From Botryllus schlosseri (Eukaryota): 64,000 nt of DNA. The DNA lies in assembly GCA_051294905.1 (NCBI GenBank), contig CM119371.1, forward strand, positions 30,878,001 through 30,942,000. Direction: 5' to 3'. The notes below the pieces were generated by a model, which searched no databases, was not told the origin of the DNA, and saw only the letters and a list, made by a program, of their open reading frames with translations. Each line of letters opens with the position of its first letter. The first letter of the stretch is position 1. The translations under genes were made by a program, and so were the position numbers. This document shows positions 27,101 through 39,100 of this stretch, in pieces.

Positions 27101-30100
27101 TAGTTTAGTAGATTTTGTTATCACTACGGCGATTTTTTTGACAGAATTGAAGCGTTAAGTCGAAAATTGTCAAAATTGTTTACAAAGTCAAAAATTTTTT
27201 GACCCTTCCATTTTGTTTGTATCATAGATTTTGATATTTTAAAGCTTGTAGCCTACTTTATAGGCCTACCGTTGTGGACGGCCCATTGACTGCACATCGT
27301 GGATCATAAACTGTCTAACGAAACAAATAGGTTGACAATTGACATGGTGTTATGGTCAACGTACCGTAATTAGGGCTGGGCACAATGATTCGAGTACTCG
27401 AATCTGAATCGAGTATTAATTTTAATGATACGGGTCGAGTAGTAAAAGACGATTTTTTCGAGTACTGAAATTATGCGCTCCTCGCCACCGAAAATTAATT
27501 TATCAACAAGAATTATAGTTTCGATACTAATTTTCACTGTTGAAGCCTTGAAACTTTGATTGGCCGTATATTGTATCATACTAAACATATCATACAGATA
27601 CGAACGTTACTGGAAATAGCACATTTCCGAAGACATGATCATCCCACAACATTGTCACCAAGTACAATGAAATCGGTATGGTCGAAAAAATACCAAAGTA
27701 TCTTTAATGTGATAGATAACACAGGCATTATATTCTTCGCGGTCGCATAAAATGTACCTATTTGAACTTCGCCATATTACATTCTGTTATGACGTCATAA
27801 TGAGTGATACTCGATTACTCGACTCGAAGCATTTAACGTGATTCAGAATCGACTCACCCAGGTACTCGATTTTTCCCAGCCCTAACCGTAATATCCTGAC
27901 TGAAACAAGACTACTTGGAAATTGCATGGTTCTTTTATCATGAAGCGCATGATAAATTGTGATGCATGACAGCATTGTCAGAATGAAGGAACATGGTGTT
28001 TCACACCAGCAGTGTACGCACAACTTCAGTGTTGTCAGCCAACAAGTACTGCTGTTGAACGGTCTTTCTCAATTCTTGGCAAGCCACTCAATAAGAACAG
28101 ACACTCTACCCGAGAATGTGAGAAAGTATCTTTCGTTGCACTACGACAAATTTTAATTATCTCTACCGTAATACGTGGTGTAACATCTACTGGGCCCCGG
28201 CCAGATATCGGTAAAATAAAGCTTTTCGATGTCAGAATTTGTCAGTTCCCCAGTCAAAAACGCTTTTTCAGGCCAAACTACTTCGTAAGGACAGGCAGTC
28301 CAAACCAGAAATGAATATAAGTAGTACAATTTTAACATGATGCCCAAAATCACCTAATTTGCTTACGTGAGGTCAAAATTTGGTAAAAATTAAGTTTTTC
28401 TTGGTCAAAATCCTCCGATTTTTAGGTAAAAAATCGCTCTAGTTATTACACCTGACATAGGTCCAATACGTGGTTATGACGTCATAAATGAAGAAAACAT
28501 TTTTGCCCGCCTACGGCGCGCGTAAATTATGTAGGTTGTACGCGAGCACTGCATAATATCTCGAAGTGGTACGTGGGTGGAAAAAGGTTGGGAACCACTG
28601 GAATACACCAAAGAAAGATAAACTTATGTGGGGACCATACAATACCCAACATTATATGAATATTTGTCGACGGTTCTATCATTATTCCCGGTCATTGATG
28701 ACTAAATTAGTCCTTGTAACTATAGCATGCTCTCCCCATATTTATATTTAGTTAATAGCTATTCCTAAATTAAAAGTCTTATCTTCCTTTTTTACTTTTA
28801 GTAACACCTGGCGCGAGTCTCAGAGTTTCGCACAAATGATGCAGTTATCTCACAAGCTTAAAAGAAGGCACTTTAGTCATCTCCGGGTCTCTCAATATAA
28901 CCTAAAACTTCTTGTCGAAGTTTAAGGCATTGGTGTTCTACTCGGAAGAATGAAGACAATTAGATGGCAGTCATCTAATATCGAACATGAGATGAAATTG
29001 TTAATGACAGGACGATAGATTTCGATAGGGGGAAGAACCGACGGATTATTATCGACAAGGACTGGGCAAAATCGAGTACCTGAATGATTCGATTCTGAAA
29101 CATGTAATGTGCTTCGAGTCGAGTATTCGAGTATCACTCATTATGACGTCATAACAGAATGGAAGATGTCAAAGTTCAAATATGTACCTTTCATGCCACC
29201 CAGAAGACTGTAACGCTTGTTATCCATCATATTAAAGATACTTTGGTATTCTTTCGACTATACCGATTTCATTGCACTTTCTGACAATGTTGTGGGATGG
29301 TCAGGACTTCGGGACTTGTGTTATTTCCACTACCGTTGGTAGCTTCGTACTATATGTTTCATATGCTGTTGATAAATAACTGTCAGTGGCGGGGAGCGAA
29401 TGATTTCAGTAGCCTACACGAAAAAATCGTCTTTTACTACTCGACGCAAATCATTAAAATTATTACTCGATTCAGATTCGAGTACTCGAATCATTATGCC
29501 CAGCCCTTTTATCGACCAAATGTGAGATTACTCCAGCATCCAATCTTTGAATTAGTTTATAACATACTGTGATAATGTGCCTCTACTGTAAGTCGAAAAT
29601 ATTGGCCATAAGTCGTAATTCGCTTCAGAGAGAAATACGGGAGTGTTGAGAAGCAAATAATATATTATCATAATATCACAATATCATCATCAACATCGAA
29701 CACAGTATGCGCAAAATCTATTAGCCGAAAAAACTGGTCAAGGGCTCAGACATCCAATAGCCTCTGTCCCGCCGATTTTATATGAGCAACAGGAAGCGGT
29801 ACATGCGATTATGCTGAACTTACCATCGGGCAACCTGTATGGTTTATTCTTTGAGACAAGGATATTACCAATAGTAGCATCAATCGGATACTTCAGGCAT
29901 CGTTCGCACAGTTACACACCCCATAACTAGGTCTTGGCGCCACTTCGATTTACCTCCATGATCTTATGCGGAATAAACCAATCTGAGGACGCGGTCAACA
30001 ATTCTACGTTAAATATGGATGCCTAGTCCATGTTTGGTAGCAAATCTATTCCTGTAACAATACTTTCTCAGTTCAAGCGATTGAAAATATAGAAACGGAG

Positions 30101-33100
30101 CTTGAATCTGTGAGTACTAGAACACACAAGATATCAAATGATTACGAATTTCATGATTTTGTTAAGAATGTGTAATTTAACAACTGCAGGTAGTGTTCAC
30201 GGACCAGAGTTTGGAGCATCCTGATGTAGAATCTGTAAAGTTTCACATACCCTTAATATCCTTTGCCAGTATTTCATCCTGTATTTTTGCACGATTGACA
30301 GCAATAGTTTCGATGAGATACCGTCGAACAGATTCCTTCAAATCGGCTATTCTTCTTTCTTTGATGCTCTAACCAATAAATCAACGGTAAGGTCGACATA
30401 TTAGGACTAGGGCTGGGCAAAATCGAGTACCTGAGTGATTCGATTCTGAATCACGTAATATGCTTCGAGTCGAGTCGAGTAATCGAGTATCACTCATTAT
30501 GACGTCATAAAAGAATGTATTACGTCAAAGTTCAAATTTGCAACGTTCTTGCTACCACAAAGAATATAATGCCGATTATCCATCTCGTAAAAGATACTTT
30601 GGTATTTTATCGACCATACCGATTTCATTTCACTTGGTGAAAATGTTGTGGGATTATCATGACTTCGTAAATGCGCTACGTCCAGTAACCTTTGTAGGTT
30701 TTGTACCATATTTCGTAAGCTACAATACCGCCTATCAAGGTTTCAAGGCTTCAACAGTGAAAATTAATATCGAAACTGAGAATTCTCGTTGATAAATTAA
30801 CTTTCAGTGGCGAGAAGGGTATAATTTCATTACTCGAAAAAATCGTAATTTACTACTCGACTCGAATCATTAAAATAAATACTCGAATCAGATTCGAGTA
30901 CTCGAATCATTGTGCCCAGCCCTAATTAGGACTATATTTTGAAGATTAGAATCGCGTTTTCTGCGTTCTATTCCCATTACCATCATTTAGAATGACACTG
31001 ACTTTATCTCCCGCCCCATAGCAAATTGAATCGCATTTGGAAATTAGAACCGTTGTACAATGCAGATGCATGGAATCTCAACGCTTGATATTTGCAGTCT
31101 CTTGCGTATTATTATTTTGAGCACATAAATTTGCATACGGGTTGTAGCTCACGAGCTGAACTTCAAAGTTGACGGCAAAAAATTTAACAAGTGTGCAAGC
31201 AACATTTATCTACATTGTCTGCTATCGAGTCAAGTATAAAAAGGTATGAGAGTACTACCTTTGTGCATCAAATGATTAGCAATATTTAGCAGACAAAGAT
31301 GTCCTATCATATACGAATCAATTCCCGAAAGAATGCCCACATTTTTCCATATCTTCTTTTGTATCATCGGCAAGTCCCTATCTGGTGCAATAACAGTCAG
31401 CAAATTTCTGTCGCGAGAAAACTCGAAAGAGGCATTCCTGAAATTCTTCTTCAAATCCTCTATTATGCCACACAGCGTCAGTGTCCTGAAAACAAGACAG
31501 CGGCTCGCATGATGACATCCTAAACACATAACCATGGTGTGAACAGTACCAGGTGTAGTGATACAACAGACATTTGTTACACTAAATGCAGGTTGATGAC
31601 TTTTTAGGCAATATGTATCCACGCCACATGCATATGAGCTAGCAATACCTAAATTCGTCTTCATCTATTGGAACTTCAACAGTCTTCAATTCCGTACAGA
31701 TGTTGATATTCTCCAGGACGGAATTCTTGGACTCAGTTGTCCCAACAGCATTGTCATCCCATCTGTAATTTAGTGACAGTTGCACTTCACAAACAATTGC
31801 AGATGTGTACTTTTCGAGCGCTGGGGACGGCGACCTTTGATATGCAGTATGCCAAAACTAAATATACAACCAAATCTCTTGTCAAACATTTCAGTATTTA
31901 CCCAGCATTGTAGCACAGGCAAACCACATGATGGAGAATTTTCGAGAGAGCATTGAGCAATGTGTGGGTACTTTGATACACTCCAGAGAACTTATTTGCT
32001 CAATGCCTCTTAGCCATGGCTGGTATTGCAGAATCCTGACTTATCTCGACAATTCATATTCATAGGCGCCAGGTGGTGACAAAATTATGGTGTTATGAAA
32101 ATAAATTCGAAGGGTTCCAGTCTGGGGTCACCAACGCGGCGCTGGTGGGCCACAGTAGCATTTTGAGGTGGGCCACAGACCTATTTCGAAAATTGTAAAA
32201 ATAGTGAAAGTTTAGTTATATGCTATTTGTTATGCTATTCGCACAAAAATATATTCATAATTATTATCTAATTATACGTAATGTTACATATAGCTTTTCA
32301 TCAGACTCTGATGAGTAAGGCGATTTTTTTGATATGTCAAAATTGTTCACAAAGTCAAAACTTTTTTGACGTCTGCATTTCGTTTTTATCATAGATTTTG
32401 CACTGATGGTGAACTGACCATTTGATATTTTACAGCTTGTGGCCTACTGTATAGGCCTACCATTGTAAACGATCAATGGCCCGCTCACATGACTCATAAA
32501 CTGTCAAATAGAACAAATAGGTAGACATGATTTTATGGTCAACGTGACGCAAAATCCTAACTGAAGAAAGACTTCTTGGGCACTGCATCACTCTTATATT
32601 AAGATGCGCATGATGAAAAATTGTGATGTAGCCTATACAACATTGTCCGAATCAAGCAACACGGTTTGTCACCAGCAGTGTGCGGACAACTTGAGTGTTG
32701 TCAGCCAATAACTGCTGCTGTTGAACGTTCTTTCTCCAGCCTTGGCAAGTTCCTTAGTAAGGGCATGCAATTTCTATCCAAGAATGTAGGAAAGTATCTC
32801 TCGTTGTACAACAACAAATTTTCATTATTTCTATCATAATACGTATTTTAACCACTGGAATTCTTTATAGGGGCAGATTTCGTTAAAATATTAGTTACTT
32901 CACGTAAAAATTTGCCCAAAAACATTTACAGGCCAAACTACTTCAATAGGACAGCCAGTTACAACCAGAAATGAAGATAAGTGGTACAATTTGAACATTA
33001 TGTGAGAAAACACCGAATTTGCATATGTTAGGTCAAAATTTGGTCAACATTCAGTTTGTTTAGGTCAATTAATGTCAAAATTTCGAATTTTTAGGTGAAA

Positions 33101-36100
33101 ATTTTCCTTTTTTTAGGTAAAAAATAACCGCCCTATTGTTGAGACATAGTGGCACGTATGGAGTCACAATGTACAAGTCGAAACTGGAAGGGGGAAATGG
33201 CGGCCGGCTACGACAACCTACGAAAATGACGAAAATAATTTCGATTACCGTATATATGAACAAGAACTTTATGCTGGGGTATCTCTGCATACATTGTTAA
33301 TGGCAAATAAAGAACTGTCAATAGCAGTAGTGATTAAATGACAGAGGGATAGGAAACTTATGACTAGGAAAGCAATGATTAACTGGTACAGGATGACCTG
33401 ACTAGAAACAGAATATAAGATACAGCACACCCGTCTAATACCACTCCTACAATTCCTGCTGCATACGCCCCTGATGGCAATATTACCACTTTTGGTACTA
33501 TTTTCCGAATCAAGGAAGTTACAGCTCAACTAATGGTTAAGTCTGTTTATGGGACAGTAAAATCTGTTTTGTGCAATTTCATAAATAATATTGAATATCA
33601 CCCAAAATAGCTGAACATTACCTGTATTTGGTCCATGGCCATAATAGCATACAACATTCTGGGATGTGACAGTTAAGCATGTGAGTTGACCTCGGGAAGT
33701 TGTAGCTTGTTTAGGCCTAGAAAGTTCCATGCTATGTGTTGCATGCTGGATCGTATTGTGCTCAATGACCCTTTTGAATGTGTGATGTGCTCAAATGTCA
33801 GGCAGCCCTATGTATCCTTATCACCTAACCATATGTTTGCTTGAAAGTGGTGTGTAATAGAAATCAATCATTAACTTTAATGCAGTTTTAGGACTGTTGA
33901 CTTACTTTGAACCAGAGGAAGCAGGCAATTGTTGCAAATCTTCCCCATGGTGTATGTGCATACGCAGGTCTTCCTTTATGTCTATAAAGTTAGAAAAACA
34001 AGGAAAGTGAATCACACAAACAGCCAAATCGTCTGATAATAAGGAGACAAGCAAATTTTTCCCACCTGGAATCTCTATGGGTGATTTCAGATATGTCAAT
34101 GGGTATGATTGGCTGCCAAAGTGAACTTCTCTCATGCTGTGATGCGGAAAAGCATGAACATCTAAACAAAGAAACAAGTGAATAATACACCACTGAGTTC
34201 AAGGATTGCATATAGTGTAACCAAACAAAAATCACGCAGTAGGACTAGATATTCATCTACTAATGTCCACAGTTACGGTATTCAGCTTTGAGCAGGACAG
34301 CCACAAAGCATACCTGTAGTACCGTATTTCATAAAATTGACCTCATATCACGCATTTGATGGTACACCTTTTCCGAGTAATACTTCACTGGTAGCCAACA
34401 AAAATGCTCTACCACATTTGCAATACACCATCATATGGAGGTTAACTGTAATATCATACATTAACTGAAGGCTAGCCTATCTGAGACCATAGTATGACAT
34501 AGTATCTCAGCACGCCAACTAATCAATTTGCCGATTTATGCTGACATTACATCTTTGCTTTTGCTGACATCACATATTCAAAAATGCGAGATAAATGTTT
34601 CATCTCATCCTGGGTGACGAAAGAGAATTCCCCAATATAAGTACCGTAATTTTTCATGTATAGTAGCATACCCCCCATGTATAATACGCACATTGAAAAT
34701 GACATGTAGATTCTGGGGAAAAGTCTGTACCCATGTCTAGTACGCACCCTGCATTCGGAGTACATGATGGCGTATGATAAGGTACCAGTGATGGTTCCGT
34801 TTTAGTATTTGATGTCATTCTGTATTGTGATGTCACTGTTGAACAATCATGACATGATCACTAATCATTAAAGGCTACATTTAACACCATTGGCTCTCAA
34901 CGATTGTAGATAGCAGCGAAATCCTGTGACGACCGCGACGTGATAGTTCAGGCCTATTACAGATGCGATTGCTTCAAGGCCAACGATTATATCGTGCGCA
35001 CTAGGCTTGTTGGAGATGCAACTGATTAGGCCAGCGATTATATCTTGCGCACAGGGCCTTTTGTAGATGTGATTGTTAGTGTTGTCGTTGTCGTTGACGG
35101 GTAAATTATCGAGGATTGCACAGCGCAATGACACAGCAAACAATGACCTGATTTCGCTCGCGTACAAATGACAAACCAACCCAGCAGGACATCGCATGCT
35201 GTTGTGCAGCTGAGATGAATCTCAATAATTGGCAACATGCTTCTCGCTAATTGGCAGCGCGCAACACTTATAATACGAATTACTGGGCACGATGGCTGAA
35301 TGTGATCTGCGATTAAAGACAAACATGAAAACAGGTGTGATTAAAAGAGAGATTTTTTCAAGACTTGTTGTACCCATGCATAATTTGAGTGAAAAACCTT
35401 CCCAGCAATTTCATATTTACGTAGCGCGGACAATTTTTCGCCATGCGGAGAAAACTTTCCAATCACGCGATAGATCCATTTGTCACGCGCAACATATTGT
35501 CGAAAACAACCCCCGATTCCAGGTATACAATCACAAAAAAAGTGTTGGGGTAGGAATAATGGTGTTTCTCTGTCCTTATTCAGCTGCGACCATTGCATGA
35601 ACGCTATTTCTTGACCTGACTAAGATATGTCACCGATCACTGCACAGCGGGTGGGTTCCAAATATAAAATAGGATACCGATAGCGATGAAGCTAACAAAA
35701 ACGCTACTGACCTATGGTATTTCACCGAATAATATGATGAGCAGTGGGCTAAATGTAATGGTCACAGTTTCTCATTCAGACACTGTCATACTATTGTAAA
35801 ATCATCAAAATTTAGGCTATAGCATATATATCAGTGACGTGCGGTGAGGTTCGTGGTTGGGGAGGCACGGACCCCCCCCCCCCCCCAACACACACACATA
35901 CACACACACAAACACGCACGCACGTGAAATATTCAGTTTTAATCGATTTATTACAGATTACTCAACGAAAAGTATGAAAAGAAACACAAGAAATATTATT
36001 CAAGAACTTAATTTCGGTATTACATTGTCTCAAGAGAGAGAGAGAGAGAGAGATGATATTCTTTCTCGCCTGCACCATCGAGATGCTTTGGCGACGGAGT

Positions 36101-39100
36101 TGCGATACGGCCCCATGAGGTCATCTAGTCTGCGCCCCCGTTTTTTTTCCTCCTCCATGCTATCCGTGATTGCTGAGCGCCTAGCAGGATGGCTGCGGAT
36201 ACCATTTTACGAGTCTTTGGTATGACCCGGCCGGGGATCGAACCCACGACCTACCGCTCGAGAAGCCGGAAGCATAACCATTACACTATCTCAAGGATTG
36301 GAACGGACACTGTTTGTGGACATTATTTGTAAATAACGTCCATGCGCCTATCCTTTGCCACAAAAATTTCTGTGACTTCGTTGTGAAAGTCCTCCTTCAG
36401 TTTCAAAAGTCTCTTCGCCTCAATTGAGATCAGGGCCAAAGAGGAAAGTCGCCCTGAATCGGTCCTATTTCGACTGTATGCCTGGAGTCTTTTTAACGCA
36501 GAGAAAGACCTTTCCACTGACGCTGTAGTAGCTGGCACAGTTAGCACCAGTTGGAGCAACTTTGTGGCCTCTGGAACTGTCTGAAGCAGATCTTTCTGGG
36601 TTAAAAATCTCAGAAGCTCTCCTGGAGATTTGCACTCATTCCTCACTGTTTGCGAGCTGTACAGTCCGATGAGGTCAGTCTTTAGTCTAACAAAGTCAAA
36701 AAACTTTGCATATTTTGACAGGCTCTGTAGTTTGGTGTCATCAAAATGTCGTGACATCTCATTAAATTTTGTACAGTCGACCAAACCGAGGAAAGCTAGC
36801 TCCCCAAAATGATCGAACCTAGCTTTCATTTGAACAAGGATGTTATACAGAATGCTGTAGAACATTCGTTTTCTCTCATCTCTGACCGACTGATTTCTTC
36901 CGCTATCGGTTAGTTCAAGTCTACTGCATTTCTGTTCAAATCGCTGGTACATCATGTTAAACTCTCTTCTCATGCGTTCAACAGCTTCGATGGTGTCCTG
37001 GATTCGCGCACAACAATAGCCAATGTCCATGACCTTGTTTTGCAACACTCTAAAAAGCGCATCAGTTTCACAAAATACGTCTTCATATGCCATAATTAAA
37101 AAGCATGTTGATGCTTTTGTCAGCCAACGATAATATCCAGCGGCCATCATTCGAGTTTCATTATCCCAATTGTCCGGATTTTCAATAATGATGCGAAATA
37201 CGGCACGCAGATCAGATTGGTACATGCTTGTTGTCTGTAGCAGGCGGGAATTTGAACTCCATCTTGTGGACGCTGCTCTTGGTAAGCGCCGTTTCACAAC
37301 TTCATCCAATAAACGGGTGCGCTTCGAGGATTTGCTAAAAAATGACCCTAGTCCCTCAAGTGTTTTAAAAAACGCTCTGCTCTCAGGCATACATTTTGCT
37401 GAATGCTGGAGCACAAGGTTAAGCTTGTGTGCATAGCAGTGTGTGAACATGGCCTCTGGTACTTTTTCTTTAATTTTAGCTTGCACTCGAATAAGCTCTG
37501 ATGCCATCACAGCAGCCCCGTCATATGTCTGAGCTACTAGGTTTTCGACACAGCTGTATTTTTCCAATACACCCAAGACATACGAAGCTACCGCAGAGGC
37601 TCGTCTGTCCTCACTTACGTCATCAAATCTCAAAAAGGCCTCCTTGACTTCACAGTCTAATCCCCTTTTTCCTACGTAGCGGAAAATAACAGAGATCTGT
37701 GCTTTATTTGTGACATCCGTTGTCTCGTCTACCTCTACAGCGACAAATTTGGCAGCATTAATCTCACTTTTTATATCATTACGAATTACATCACCGACTG
37801 CCTCAATTAAATCGTTCTGCGTTCGATTTGACAAGCCAGAAAACACACTGGATGTCTCCAAATGTCTTGCCAACCTTTCATCTTTCTCGGCAAAAGCATG
37901 TAACAGCTCTACATAATTGCCGCGATTAGTAGAGCTTGCCTTCTCATTGTTGCCTCGAAATGCTAGCTCCTGTTTACCTAAGAAGCAGGTTGCATTAATC
38001 AGGTCTTTTAAAATATCTCGGTTTTCCGTTACTTTTGCATTGTGGATGCTAATATCGAGTCTCCGCTGTTCGTTCAAAGCCGTATCGATCCTGGAATTTC
38101 CGAAATATTTTGCAGAAATCGTGGCTTTGAATATGAGTTGTCGATCTCTCATGTCTGCTGAGGCTTCGTGGCAAATTTTTCAAGTCACAATATCCCGTGG
38201 TAGTCCAGACATTGTTAGAAGTTGAAAACAAAAGGCAGGGAAAGCAGTAAAGACGATTTTTTAAAGCGCAGCCACACAGCCATTCTTTTCGGGTATACCA
38301 GTCCGATTGAAAAGTGCGCATTTTCTTCTTTCCCATATTTTGAAGCAAACCTTTTAGTTGCGGCGTTGGTCTTCCGTTGCTGATCACTTCTATTTTTGCG
38401 CGAAACTCCAGTTTTGAGAAATCCCGAAGCTTGGATATATAATCCTCTTCCATTTTGGGAGCCCCAAGCGTGCTGTTTAATCACTGCGGTTCTGTATTTG
38501 ATCAGCAAAACTAAATATGTCACTCACTATTATCACACCTAAATGATTAGACATCAGCCAGCCTGTGACAAATCAGGGTGATATTCATGATTGGGGATAG
38601 AGATGTCATTAGAATCGACCTGGTGTAAATAACTATTGCAGTCGAAAACACTATAAACGACCACAAACAACGACAACGCAGGCTATGTAAGTACATCAAT
38701 CACATATCACAATTTAAGGTTATACAGCTATTGAATTTGAACACAGCATAAAGGCCACAAAAAACGACAATAGGCTATGCTAGTAGCTATCACATACCAC
38801 AATTTAACGTATCTATGGATCGAAAATACATAACATATATATTTGTCGTCGCTACTATGCAATTCCTACAAGACAATTCCGAAATCGATAGAGCGTTTCA
38901 CTTTGCTGCAATTGTCCAATTGTTAGCAAATAGTGCATGAGCTAGATTCGTTTGTGCCTCCTCTGGCCATTGTTTTTCTGCGTTGGCATTGTCTGTAATA
39001 AAGCCGGCTGTCACCTTCTTTGACGATTTTTGGGGGGTTCTGGTGCTCTGACACTGCTAATATTTGGATTTTCGGGATCAGTGCGACGATAGCATTTGAT

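Noticed and set aside
29824..29910. Extra PARP exon ending in G|GTAAG
   Set aside because: In-frame stop upstream and no clear acceptor; the flanking exons already join in phase.
36215..36290. tRNA gene
   Set aside because: It has A and B boxes but continues into a SINE body with a tail and TSD; no convincing cloverleaf.
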